A stretch of DNA of 64,000 bases from Amoebidium appalachense (GCA_963693365.1 CAVNZM010000023.1:9077-73076), one strand, 5' to 3'. Numbered from the stretch's first letter, positions 38,139-49,048 are shown. Translations and numbers: made by a program. The notes: generated from the sequence alone by a model not told the origin.

Positions 38139-38657
38139 TCAGTCTGGATGTAGAGGTCTTCCATACTGTCCGTTACTCTTGGGATAGATAATATCTGACG
38201 GGCCCTGGGTCATGTTTGCCAGTTTTTGTGCGGCTGGAGGGACCACCAGCTCGGGGTGCGCGTTCAGCACATGGTGGTTGAGCGCGGGAGACCGCATAAA
38301 CGTACACTCGCACCCCACAGATGGACACCGAAGGGTACCACGCACCCGCCGCGTGCGTGTTTCATTCCCGGTATGGACCGCGCGGCGGTGCAGCCATAAC
38401 GCAGCGTGGGACGGGTAGTCAGCACCACACGAGTCACAGATGTACGGCCGCTCGCCCGTATGCATCCTGACGTGCACCTTCATGTGGTCGCTGCGCGCAA
38501 AGGTGGCAAAGCAGCCATTGTGGGGGCAGGTGTACGGGCGGGTAACCGAGTGCGTGGCGGCGTGATGTCTCTTCATGTTGGCTTTGATGGTAAAGGTCTG
38601 ACCGCAGTCGGGGCACGCAAAGACTTTCTTGGGTGTGGTGTTGCATGGAAGATCCAT
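38139..38657 (-). CDS. C2H2 zinc-finger protein (4 fingers), 172 aa
   Basis: CPDC..HHAATH, CPHNGC..HVRMH, CDSC..HRRAVH and CPSVGC..HVLNAH, with a canonical TGERPY linker. Confidence 0.92.
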   Translation of the reverse strand: MDLPCNTTPKKVFACPDCGQTFTIKANMKRHHAATHSVTRPYTCPHNGCFATFARSDHMKVHVRMHTGERPYICDSCGADYPSHAALWLHRRAVHTGNETRTRRVRGTLRCPSVGCECTFMRSPALNHHVLNAHPELVVPPAAQKLANMTQGPSDIIYPKSNGQYGRPLHPD

Positions 38658-38720
38658 TGTGTGAATGGATAGAAAATAAACGCGGTGCTGCTTATGTACC
38701 CGCGAGGCGCGCGCGGCCGT

Positions 38721-39671
38721 TTACTGCCACCCGAGCACGTGCTTCTCCAGGAAGCGCACGGGGTACACCTTGACGGGCCGCATGTCGCCCTGCACCATCT
38801 TGAGCGTCTCCTCGGGCTCGCCGCCCTCCTGGTCGCGCCAGGCGCGCGCGAGCTGGCGGCCGAGCGCGCTGCTGGACCTGTCCGTGATGCCGCGGTCGAC
38901 GAGGAACTTCCCGACGGTCACGTAGTCGGCGAGCGCGGAGTCCGACGCCTCGATGGCCCGGCGGTCCGCGGTGGGCACCAGCATGTTGGCCACGGTGTCG
39001 TTGAGCAGCATGCGCATGCGCGGGTCCCTGTCGAGACCGAAGTCGCCGAGCATGGTGCGGTACGCGGCAAGGGACTCTATCTCCTTCACGCGGTTGGCGA
39101 TCTCCTTGGCGCGCACGTCGGCCTCCAGGTCGCGCACGGCCGCCTCCTCGCGGCGCAGACGCAGCCGGCGCTCGCCCTCGAGCTCCTCGCGGCGGCGCTT
39201 GCGGTCGGGGGTCTCGTCGGTGCCGTTGCGGAAGAAGTCGCGCTCCTCGGGCGTGCTGGCGTCGAAGCGGGCCTCGATCTCGGGGATGAGTGACAAGTCT
39301 CCGGACATCAGACGGGCGATGTAGGTGGCACAGGACTTGCGGAACTCATGCGCACGTTTGCCGGGCAGCAGGAGGATGATCTCGAGGAGGACCTTGAAGG
39401 GGGCCACATCAGTGTCATTGCCCTTGCCATTGATTTTTAACCCGTGAGTGCGACTCACGAGTTCCCTCACGGGTGGATCCTTGGTATCCTTCAAGGTCTT
39501 CCATGCCTGACGAGCAGCATCGCGGTTCCCGAGGACAATGGCTGCAGTGTCCAGGACACTGCCCTCGGCATCCTTGCCCTCTCCGTGCACCCTGAACTGG
39601 GCGCCCTTAAACTGGGGGAACTCCTTCCAGAGAAGCGACATGCCACATCCTTTGATCTGCTCGCCAGCCAT
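38721..39671 (-). CDS. Bro-N/antirepressor-like viral DNA-binding protein, 316 aa
   Basis: SVLD..AARQAW...LLLPGKRAHEFR...IARLMSGDLSLIPEI, then a coiled coil and C-terminal ALGRQLARAW..RPVKVYP; strongly GC3-biased codons. Confidence 0.65.
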   Translation of the reverse strand: MAGEQIKGCGMSLLWKEFPQFKGAQFRVHGEGKDAEGSVLDTAAIVLGNRDAARQAWKTLKDTKDPPVRELVSRTHGLKINGKGNDTDVAPFKVLLEIILLLPGKRAHEFRKSCATYIARLMSGDLSLIPEIEARFDASTPEERDFFRNGTDETPDRKRRREELEGERRLRLRREEAAVRDLEADVRAKEIANRVKEIESLAAYRTMLGDFGLDRDPRMRMLLNDTVANMLVPTADRRAIEASDSALADYVTVGKFLVDRGITDRSSSALGRQLARAWRDQEGGEPEETLKMVQGDMRPVKVYPVRFLEKHVLGWQ

Positions 39672-39799
39672 CGTGTGTCAGACTGACTGCTTTTGGTTGG
39701 GTGGGTTTCTTTTACACCTGTGCGTCCACGCAGCAATGCACACACACACACATCCGGACAGCCCGCGAGGCCTGCGAGGCGGGTGTGGCGCGGGTGCTG

Positions 39800-39885
39800 C
39801 TGCGGCGGCGCTTGCGGTCGGGGTCTCGTCTGTGCGGTTGCGGAAGAAGTCGCGCTCCTCGGGCGTGCTGTTGTCGAAGCGGGCG
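39800..39885 (-). pseudogene. Remnant duplicate of the middle of the 38721-39671 gene
   Basis: Encodes ARFDNSTPEERDFFRNRTDETP, nearly identical to 39190-39272. Confidence 0.75.
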
Positions 39886-40068
39886 GCTGACAATGTCAGC
39901 TTGACCAGAGATGTCGCGTGAACAGCAGGTGACAACTTCCCTCCCTTAACAAACGAGCAATTGGTCAAAGTGACCAATGGGTCCCTGTCGCATCCAATAG
40001 ATGACGACCTATGAATTTTCCTGGCCACATCGATAACGTTCTGGAGCGGACAGTTTAAAGGTAGGGAG

Positions 40069-40581
40069 GTGCGCACGACCCCTGAGAACAAGCCAGGCGA
40101 GGTGCCTCGGGCAAGCGCCATAGACATCATTATGGTCATTAACGACTGTAGCACCGAGAGAGCTCAGGCAACCTGGACCTATCAAAAAGGAAAAGAATGG
40201 GCAGTCCGTGAAAAATTCACGGACTGGCAATTCCCAGGAGAGCGCCAGCGAAGAACACCCACACTAACAGCGAGCCAAGTAGTCAAGCTCATCAACGCGC
40301 TGCCAGGCCCGAAGGCGGCCGCGTTCCGCGACGAGAGCGCCGATGTGTTCGTGAGATACCTTGGTGGGGACGAACCCCTGTGCGCCGAGGTTAAGGACAA
40401 CCGCCTGAAAGCATCCGAGACTCCCGAGGGCGTGAATGCGTTCGCTGCCGCCTCCCCAGCACCCCCGCAGCCCACCAGAACCCCTGACTCGCTGGGATTG
40501 CTATTGGATGCAAATACGCGATACACAACAGCTCAGTCCAATCACATGCCTTTTTATTTTAAGTTCAGCGACCGAATGTGA
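40069..40581 (+). CDS. Short Bro-N-like paralog (possibly truncated)
   Basis: SAIDII...QFPGERQRRTP...LINALPGPKAAAFR...VRYLGGDEPLCAEV aligns with the N-terminal domain of 38721-39671. Confidence 0.6.
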   Translation: MRTTPENKPGEVPRASAIDIIMVINDCSTERAQATWTYQKGKEWAVREKFTDWQFPGERQRRTPTLTASQVVKLINALPGPKAAAFRDESADVFVRYLGGDEPLCAEVKDNRLKASETPEGVNAFAAASPAPPQPTRTPDSLGLLLDANTRYTTAQSNHMPFYFKFSDRM

Positions 40582-40760
40582 TTGGGCAGAAATATCATTC
40601 CGGTACCATTGGCTCGTTTTGTTCAATTTTATGGCCATTGCGTCATCGTGGTCCAGTCGGGTGGGTTTTGATTGCGTCACCGCGGCTCACAGTCATGTAT
40701 TCAGCCCGACAACGTTGACAAGCAGCCAGTAGCGAGCAGTCTGTCCATCCATGATCCACA

Positions 40761-43700
40761 ATGAGCCACCCCGGAAACGTTGTTCTTAGGGATGTCGAAC
40801 GGGACTGGGAGCGCCTGGTGGGGCGCAGGATCGACCGGACCCTGCACCAATTCTGCGGCCTCACGCAGGAGGATATACCCGCTTTGGCGCGCCTGTGTAT
40901 TGCGCTTCTGGACCACGACTACACCATCCGGAGGAGCGGCGTCGAACCCGTTTACGCGGTCAAGTCGGTGGTTTCGCAAATCCGCAACACCCCGCTGCCC
41001 AACGCGAAACCTTACGACCCCCTGTTCACGATCCTGTCCGGCAAGTGCCAGGTGGGCAAAACGTACGAGATCTGCCTCCTGTGCTGGGTCTCGTACTTCA
41101 TTGACGGGTGCATCCCCGCCGTTCTCATCAAGACCCGTGGGGGCGTGGCTGCCGGGCCCACGTTCCAGGCGAGTTTCTCAAAGTCCTTCAACACGGTCAT
41201 CGCCCGGCTGCTTGTCGAGCATCGCGAAGACTGGGGCCTGCCCACCGAATGGTTCCGCGTTAACGCGGAGGGGGTTGTGGAAGCGATCGAGGCATATACC
41301 GGGCGGTTCTACATCGGCTCCACGCCCCCCTCCCCGAAGTACCGACCAAACGAGGTGCGGGGGGTACTGAACGAGGCACGCATACTGCTGTCAAACGACA
41401 CACAGGTGCCCAACTTTGTGAGGTATTTGGGGGCGGCGACCAATCGGATCGGCTTCAAGCGTGATTCTCTTGGGGGTTGGCGGTTTCGGGCTACTTTGAT
41501 CCTGGACGAAATCCACGAGACGGCCACCGGACGCCACGGCGACACGTTTTAACGCCTGGGAGAATCTCTTTTATTATTTTAACCCGACGCTTGCCCGCGT
41601 GTGGGACAGTGCTCGAGAGTTTTGGGACCTCCCCCAGCAAGACTTCAAGAGCTTCGCGGGGGCCGCGTTCAAGTGCGTGGGCGTGACGGCCACGCCTGTT
41701 GCCATGCTCAGCTGCCCGTTCCCCCTGCGAATCGTTGACATGCCCGTGCCGGACACCTACATAGGCTACGCGGCGCCGGGGCATGTGTACCGGCCACACT
41801 ACGAGATCGAGCGTCGGTTCACGCCTGAGCGACTCAGCAACGCGCCAGTCGCCAAGTCCCTTTTCTACGACGTCGTCGTCTCTGGCCTGAATGATAACCT
41901 GACGGTCAACGAGGTGTTGGAGCAGGGGGGGTACCCACGTGGGCGAATCACGGCTAAGGCAAAGGCGACCATTCCGTACCTGGCGGCCGTTGTGGGGCGC
42001 CTGGACGCGATGCTCAAGGAGCGCGTCACCGCCGAGCGCGTTGACGAGGAAGGCATCAACATGGCCATTGCCGATATGCTCGAGTCCGACACATGGTGCG
42101 AGCAACTGCTGGTCATGACCGACAAGACCAAGGTCCTTACCACGCAGGAGCCCATCTTCAGGCACATCGCCGGCTTCGTCGACGACGGCCTCGTGGTTGT
42201 GTTGTGGCGCTACAACAAGCTGCAAATCAGGGCACACGTGGACCTGTACAAGTGGCTGGTGGAGGCCGCGAACGCCGTGCTGGAGAGTGTCAGCGTCGAC
42301 GACGATGCAAGGGCGTATGTGGAGCGTAAGATCATCGGTGGCGACGATGACGATTCGGACAGCGAAACCGGAGAGGCCTACACGTTCACTATCAAACACA
42401 AGCCCCTCCTGATCATCGGGATGCCGCTCGATGCCCTCTGGCGTTGGTCCGACGAAATGGGCCGCCCGTTCAAGGTGGCCATCATAGCGGGTGACATGGC
42501 CCGATGCGGGGTCACGTTCAAGCCCACCCACAAGTGCGGGCGCAACATGCACCGCGGCCTGCTGACGCGCATGTATGCTGGCTTCACTTGCTTGGCAGGG
42601 ATGCGGTCGGGATCGGGATCCACCTCGAGGACGATCCACCTCGAAGCGGCCTCGCAGATATGTGGACGGCTGTGCTCCATTGCCCCCGACCCATCCGCGG
42701 TCACCCAAGCCCCCATACTCTATGCGCCCGAGACGGTGCATGCGCTCCACGAGCTCGCGCTGTTGGTGATGGCACGTGTGGGCGAAGCCACCAGGCTGTA
42801 CGATAGGGCTGTTGGCTTCGAAATACTCGTTCGCCAAGCGCTTGCGGACGATCCCGTGTACTTCGAATGTCTGGGGGCGGTGTGTCGGCAGCTCGAGGCG
42901 GTCGACGGCAATGACAGGATGCACCGGGGGGATATCTGCGTGTCGCGACCAGAACTCCAGAAGAGAACATTCAAGAGAGCCTATGGTGCCCTGCGCGTTG
43001 AGTACGGTGAGGACCTTCCTGGCTACGACATGGTCAAGAGGATCCGCCCAGACAGACCGCTTGTCACGAAGGACGACGTGCGGTCCATGGACCTCAGCGA
43101 CGCACGCGCCCTCCCCCCGCCTCCGCCGCCCACAAAGACGCTGGCTAAACTGCTCGCCACGGTGGTCGTGCGCCTGGTCATCGAGCCAAGCGAAGCGTGG
43201 CACTACCGCGCCGAGAACTATTTCGCGCGGCCGACGGGCAAGAACGGCGCGCCCACGGCCAGCGTGGTGACGATCAAGGAAAAGCTGCCCGCACTTCGCC
43301 ACCTGGTCGTGGGGTTTGAGTTCGTGTCCCTGGATGAGGCCGCGGATGCCACAGGGACGCTCGCACAGTATGTGGACGCGGGTGCGAACGACGAGGCCGC
43401 GCGTCCATGGACCGCCACACCGGACGACCTTGCTCGGCGCCTGCGCGTGTGCAACGACGGCGAATACAAGATGGAGGTCGCGGCCACACTCGAGGCCCAG
43501 GAGGCGCTCTTGGCCACACTCGGTGTGCCGCTTGTGGACGGCGTGTTCACGGTGCCGACGGTGCTGCGCGACGCCATCGTCGACTGCTACCGCAAGACCG
43601 TGGGGTCCGCGGGGCAGCAGGCCCGTAGGCGCAAGGGCGGGCGTGCCGCGGAGGACGGGGTCGGGTCGCGGCCAAGAAGGGCAACGCGCGCGCGCCGGGG

Positions 43701-44223
43701 TGCTGCAGCGGAGGACCACGAAGTTCCAGCCCCGGCCGCGGCCGAGGTCGGGCCGCAACCGGGGCGGGCCAAGCGTGCACGCCGCGGGGCTGCAGGCGCC
43801 GCCGCGGGCGCGGCGCCCAGTCCCGAGATCGCTCGCATTTTCCAATGTCTTCTCAGGGACGACTTTGTCGCCATGTCGTTGCTGCTGGAAGAGGGCGTGG
43901 ACATGTCGACGTTCCAGTGGCGCAAACAGGCGGCGCGCGGCAAGAAGTGGATGCAGGCGTACCAGCCATGGATCGAATACGTGCCGAAATCCGGGGAGAA
44001 CGACTTGACGCTGCACATGCTGGCCGCGGCGTTCATCCACGGCAGGGGCGACGTGCGCGGCGTGGCGCGCGAGGGTGTAATGACAAAGCAGTGGCAATGC
44101 CATTTGACCAAGTTCGTCACGGGTAGCAAGGGAAATACATGGCGGTCTTACGTTTCCGGTGGTCCGGTGCTCGTTAAGGAAGGGAAAGTCTGGCGACTCA
44201 ACCCATTGAGCCCACTTGCATGA
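40761..44223 (+). CDS. SF2 ATPase/helicase of the Z1-domain type (~1150 aa); +1 frameshift in T4 at 41547-41550
   Basis: Walker A SGKCQVGKT and Walker B LILDEIHE lie in the first ORF. VGVTATP, PDTYIG, IIAGDMARCGVTF and QICGRLC lie in the second. Removing one T gives DTFNAWENLFYYFNPTLARVWD, an open join. Confidence 0.75.
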
Positions 44224-44225
44224 TG

Positions 44226-45128
44226 TCACGATGTTGGTTCGAGTGGGGGGGGCAAGTTGGTTAATATTAACGATGCAAACCTCGGTGGTACGGCGTTTGC
44301 TATTAGAATATGCATTGCAATGATGTTTAGCGGGAGCTCTGTTATGTAGCCAGTTGGGAACGTCTGGACGCTCTCTTTTTCTGTAATAGTCATGTTGCGT
44401 ATATATCGAAACTCGGCATCCCATAAATAAAACCCTTTTGATGTCATCGTGAACAGAAGACCGTCAATTGGACGTGGGGCCCCCACACCATGGCGGTATT
44501 TCAAGCCCCCCTCTAACCACGCCTCCAAACGCCCCTGCGACAATGAACTGTTTGTTATCCATGCCGTGTCTCTGGACGTTATTACATCTTTGGGAGATGG
44601 GGTTTGAACGAAGGGCAATGTCGACGGATCCCACCCATCGTATGCAATGAGTCGTCTGCGGGTCTGGCACACTCCGTGGTCGGCCATGTTGACGATGACA
44701 TATGGCACTCCTTCTCGACCTAGAAGACTTCTTAGACGTGGGTGGTTGACCTCCTCCACGGAGAAACTGTCATATGGCAAGGAATCAAAGAGATCGAGCA
44801 TGTACAAAATCAGCTCCAATGTGTTGTCCTGGTCCCCCGCGTGATTGCGCGCGCTCGACAGCTCCTGGCACGGCGGGCTCGCATGCACGTGCAGGTGGTC
44901 GCCTGCCTCCATGGCCGGTACGGCCTCCATCAGCTCGCGCGCAAAGTCCTCTGCGGGCACGTCGCCTATGGTGCGCAGCATGTGCACGGCCCCGGGGTGG
45001 CGGGTGCGGTGCACCTCCAGCGCCACGTCCCAGCTGTCGACCGCCACCGCCACCACCGCACCCGCCTGTCGCGCACCCTCACTGAACCCTCCCGCGCCAC
45101 AGAACAGGTCGATCACGTACACCACCAT
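44226..45128 (-). CDS. C5 cytosine DNA methyltransferase (Dcm/HhaI-like), copy 1, intact
   Basis: Motif I IDLFCGAGG, IV SPPCQ, VI VEEV (ENV variant), VIII QTRRRL, IX QTFP, X IANAVPP. Confidence 0.93.
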   Translation of the reverse strand: MVVYVIDLFCGAGGFSEGARQAGAVVAVAVDSWDVALEVHRTRHPGAVHMLRTIGDVPAEDFARELMEAVPAMEAGDHLHVHASPPCQELSSARNHAGDQDNTLELILYMLDLFDSLPYDSFSVEEVNHPRLRSLLGREGVPYVIVNMADHGVCQTRRRLIAYDGWDPSTLPFVQTPSPKDVITSRDTAWITNSSLSQGRLEAWLEGGLKYRHGVGAPRPIDGLLFTMTSKGFYLWDAEFRYIRNMTITEKESVQTFPTGYITELPLNIIAMHILIANAVPPRFASLILTNLPPPLEPTS

Positions 45129-45259
45129 GCTTGTGGATGCCTCGGATTTTTTGTGGATGGATCGGGGCTTCTCAAAACAAAAAACAGCCAAATACAGACT
45201 TAATTACATCCAAGCCTGCTCACAACGCGTCCGTGCCCGGGTACGGGAACCCGACACCC

Positions 45260-46281
45260 TCACGCGTGGTCATGTCGCGGTACGTGTCGGGGTTGACCCG
45301 GGGCATCTGCATGGCCCCGGGCTTGAGACACCGGCGCCGCCGAAATTGTATTCAGAATTGCGCAGGCCATCGCCGGCGGGACTGCGTTGGCGATTAACGT
45401 TTCTCTGCTCTCTTTCGAAGGCACGCTTAGAGCCGTGATGTAGCCACATGGGAATGTCTGGAGCTTTTCCAATTCAGATGTTTGGATCCGTCTTATATAT
45501 TCGAAACGTTCGTTCCATAGGTAGAACGGACTTCGCACGACCGTGTAGAAATATGCATTGCTAGGTAGCGATTTCCATGTCGGAAACACCTGGGTTTTCT
45601 TGGGGATAGTAACTTCCATGTCGATGGTCCTTGTATTTTCCATTGGTCCCACTCCCTTGTCTCCCTCCATGTTTGCATTCGTATTGGGTAAATGCTCGCG
45701 GGGGTAATCCACGTAGCGTGCGGGGTTGGGTCTAGTTGGCTTAGTAGCGTCGGGGGCGAGGATCTGGGCATAGCGTAAGGGTTCCAACCGTCATATGCAA
45801 ATAAACGCCTACGTGTCTGGCATACCCCATACTCCCACATGTTCAGCACAATGTACGGCACGCCTTCCTCCGCGAACAGCTCTCTCAACCCGCGGTTGTT
45901 GACCTCCTCGATTGAGAAGCTGTCGTACGGCACGCAATCGAGGAGGTCCAATGTGTATCTTACCAACTGCAACGTGTCACCCACACGCCCCAGCCCCAGG
46001 CGCATCTCCGACAGCTCCTGGCACGGCGGGCTCGCGTGCACGTGTAGGTGGTCGCCGGCCTCCATGGCCGGCACGGCCGCCATCAGCTCGCGTGCAAAGT
46101 CCTCTGCGGGCACGTCGCCTATGGTGCGCAGCATGTGCACGGCCCCGGGGTGGCGGGCGCGGTGCACCTCCAGCGCCACGTCCCAGCTGTCGACCGCCAC
46201 CGCCACCACCGCACCCGCCTGTCGCGCGCCCTCGCTGAACCCTCCCGCGCCACAGAACAGGTCGATGACGTACACCACCAT
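45260..46281 (-). CDS. C5 cytosine DNA methyltransferase, copy 2, frameshifted at ~45590-45650 (pseudogene or assembly error)
   Basis: Motifs I-VIII are in the 46323 frame; FYLW..QTFP..IANAVPP are in the 45787 frame. N-terminal part is nearly identical to copy 1. Confidence 0.85.
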
Positions 46282-46368
46282 GCTTGTGGATGCCACTGAT
46301 TTTTTGTGAATGGAACAGGGCATCTCAAAACAATAAACACCCGAATCGAACTTTATAATACAGCCTGC

Positions 46369-47484
46369 TCACGCCGCGTCCGTGCGCGGATACGGGAACG
46401 CCACGCCCTCGCGCATGGTCATGTTGTCGCGGTACGTGTCGGGGTTGACCCCGGGCATCTGCATCGGTCCGGGCGCCTGCTGCTGGCCCATGCCCATGCC
46501 CATGTCGTCGGCCCGCATGCGCTTGAGGCTGTCGCCGAAGTCGTCCAGCTCGGATTCCCGCTTGCGCGCGAGCATGGCCGCGAAGTCCGCCGTGGGCCGC
46601 GCGTTCATGGCCGCGCCGGATGCCGCCAGCAGCGCGTTGTTCTGCGCCTGCAGGCTGCTGTTGAACGCCTGCACGGACACCTGCTGCTGGAAGTTGCGCA
46701 TGCGCGTGTACTCGTCGCGCTCGGCGGCCTCGAACATGGCCATGCGCTGCGACACGTCCTCCTGGGCCTTGAACCACGGAAGCAGGAAGTTCTTCTCGAG
46801 CGCGGCCTCCTGCGCCTTGAGCTGCTCGTTCTCGGCCTGCAGGCGGAAGTACTCGAGCTCCAGCTCCATCAGGCACTGCTGTAGCAGCTTGATCTCGCGG
46901 TCGCGCTTGGTGATCTCGATGGAGTCGGCCGGCTTGCTCTGGCGCACGAGGTCGGAGAACTGCGCGGCCACCTTGTCGAACCCCGGGTCCACGCGCACGC
47001 TCAGCGCGGCCATGGTGGTCGGCGGAACGGGGTGCTCGGCCTTGACGCGGCGGCGCTGCAAGGCTTTTGTGTGCACGGGAGCCGCCAAACGCTCGATGGC
47101 TGCCGCGAGCGCGGCATCGAAAGCCTCGGGGGTCGTGTCTGGTTCCAGCCTCAGCCAGTTCTCTGCGTACTCCTCCATGCTTGCGGTTGGGTTGGGTAGG
47201 TGGCGGGGGTGGAACGCATTCGCAAACATCGGCAGCGCGAGCACGCGCCAGTCGATGCCCGGGACCATCACCGTGCCGTCGCCCGACGACGTTACATTGA
47301 TCAGAGGCGCTCCGCTCGGCTGTGTGAGCCATGCGTGCAGCACGGCGAGCAGCACACCGAGGGACGTGACCATTGTGGCGTGCGCGGGACCAAACGATTC
47401 TGGATCAGGCGAAATGGCTAGCTTGATTTTTTTGGGTCTTCCCGCCAGGATCTGGTTGAGCACATCGGGGTCCATGGATTCCAT
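46369..47484 (-). CDS. Hypothetical viral coiled-coil protein (~371 aa)
   Basis: GC3-biased ORF. Probable start MESMDPD lies just after the stop of the upstream gene. Confidence 0.75.
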   Translation of the reverse strand: MESMDPDVLNQILAGRPKKIKLAISPDPESFGPAHATMVTSLGVLLAVLHAWLTQPSGAPLINVTSSGDGTVMVPGIDWRVLALPMFANAFHPRHLPNPTASMEEYAENWLRLEPDTTPEAFDAALAAAIERLAAPVHTKALQRRRVKAEHPVPPTTMAALSVRVDPGFDKVAAQFSDLVRQSKPADSIEITKRDREIKLLQQCLMELELEYFRLQAENEQLKAQEAALEKNFLLPWFKAQEDVSQRMAMFEAAERDEYTRMRNFQQQVSVQAFNSSLQAQNNALLAASGAAMNARPTADFAAMLARKRESELDDFGDSLKRMRADDMGMGMGQQQAPGPMQMPGVNPDTYRDNMTMREGVAFPYPRTDAA

Positions 47485-47486
47485 AA

Positions 47487-48608
47487 TTATGTGTAGCAGG
47501 CAAAATCGGTCGCGTCCACTGTGCTGTGCAGCATTGCCGTGAGCCACGCTAGGAGGACGACGTGGGTCAAGTAAACCGAGGCCTTGGTATACGATTGTTC
47601 CCGTATAAAGTCTCTTAGTTGAGCATGCCCAATCTCTGTACCATTTGCACCCCGTTTCCTGTTTGCCAGTGCTAGGTTCCACACGACATCTGTATACCCG
47701 CTCGATGCGTCGTAGTATCTATACGGGTGACCGGCGGGAGAGATCTGGGATGCCGTGTTCTTCTGTGCAATCCTGGCCGTGTTCACTATATCGGCGATGG
47801 TTAGGTCGGTCGCGGCGATGGCTAGCTGGGTTACAACAGCCGATGTCGCCGATGGGTACTCCGGATCTGCGCCTAAACATGACTGGACCAGTGCCTCGAC
47901 CACCACGCGCGACTCGTCGTCACGCACCGCTGGCCAAGCCAGTGTGCTGGTGAAATAGGATCGCACCGAACAACCCTTCTCTGAAGCCGTACTGGCAATA
48001 CCAACTACCATGCGTCTGTCCACCAACTCCAGTGTAAGCACCATCATCGATTCGTCCGTCAGATTGTGAGCATCACGGATGACCAACACGGCGCGCTTGT
48101 CGTTCTTTGCGATCCATTGGATGGCACGACGGGTGTCCGGATCGAGCAGGTCCTGGACCGTCAGGACCCATGGGAAGAGGTCAAGGGTCTTGCACACCTG
48201 GAAGACACACGTAAGCTTGCCCGCACCACTTGGGCCGTAGAGCAGCAACCGCCCGCCGCCCCCCATTTCCGCGTGCACTCGCGATACTTCCGGCCGATTC
48301 GCGAGGATGTCGTCGACGATGTCCTCGCTTGGCGTCGACCGTTGCAGCATCACGCCAAGTTGTTTTGACAACTCGGTGTCGATGTCGGAATCGACGGAAA
48401 TCCCAAGGTAATCCAACATATGCTTTCTACCCGCGCCCTTGGTGACCGCCTTTCTGATCTCAGCCTGTACACGAAGATAGCCCTTCAGTGTCCTCATTTC
48501 ATTTAAGGCCTCCAACGCCTGCTGCTTTGTCGACGTCGGGGACCGTGCGTGATCTTCAACGTCGGGGTTTACACCCTCGAAAGAAACGTCCATATCATGC
48601 CCGTACAT
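47487..48608 (-). CDS. Divergent AAA-type P-loop ATPase, 373 aa
   Basis: LLLYGPSGAGKLT Walker A; degenerate Walker B VLVIRDAH. Confidence 0.7.
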   Translation of the reverse strand: MYGHDMDVSFEGVNPDVEDHARSPTSTKQQALEALNEMRTLKGYLRVQAEIRKAVTKGAGRKHMLDYLGISVDSDIDTELSKQLGVMLQRSTPSEDIVDDILANRPEVSRVHAEMGGGGRLLLYGPSGAGKLTCVFQVCKTLDLFPWVLTVQDLLDPDTRRAIQWIAKNDKRAVLVIRDAHNLTDESMMVLTLELVDRRMVVGIASTASEKGCSVRSYFTSTLAWPAVRDDESRVVVEALVQSCLGADPEYPSATSAVVTQLAIAATDLTIADIVNTARIAQKNTASQISPAGHPYRYYDASSGYTDVVWNLALANRKRGANGTEIGHAQLRDFIREQSYTKASVYLTHVVLLAWLTAMLHSTVDATDFACYT

Positions 48609-48989
48609 TTATTTCGGCGCGCCCCACCGGTGCAGGGGGGCGCGCGCGGGCTCGCGGTGCAGCTGGGTGAGGTCGTCGCCCATCTGCATGACGACCCACC
48701 GCAGGCGCACGATCTCGCGCACGAACCCATCCTGGTCGTGTTGCAGGTCAGCCAGTCGGTCTATAAGCTCTCCCACCTTGTCGTAGACGGCGTGCAGGTC
48801 GCGGCGAAATTCGTCCAGCTGCCGTGCGTACATCTCCACGAGCTCCGCCCTGCGGCCCACCTCGTGCTCCAGGCGCTCGACATTGTCCCGTAGGCGCCGC
48901 ACCGTTGAGTATTCATCGTTGCGCATGGCGCGCCCTAGCAGCACCGCGTCCGAAAGGGCCGTGAGTGGCCGCATGACGGTAAGCGACAT
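48609..48989 (-). CDS. Small coiled-coil hypothetical protein
   Basis: ATG 48989 (MSLTVMRP), heptad pattern, abuts the next gene. Confidence 0.6.
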   Translation of the reverse strand: MSLTVMRPLTALSDAVLLGRAMRNDEYSTVRRLRDNVERLEHEVGRRAELVEMYARQLDEFRRDLHAVYDKVGELIDRLADLQHDQDGFVREIVRLRWVVMQMGDDLTQLHREPARAPLHRWGAPK

Positions 48990-49048
48990 TTTGTTTGGCG
49001 GGTGCACGCGTCTTTGCACGTAGAAAAAACAGCGTGATTCGAGAAACA

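Noticed and set aside
41553-41598. Intron splitting the SF2 ATPase
   Set aside because: No GT-AG pair is needed; removing a single T restores an open, plausible reading frame.
41491-44424. 977 aa antisense ORF (also 46382-47542, 56916-58397, 62698-63978, 29674-31068)
   Set aside because: These are shadows of GC3-rich or repetitive genes on the opposite strand; the conserved motifs are in the sense frames.
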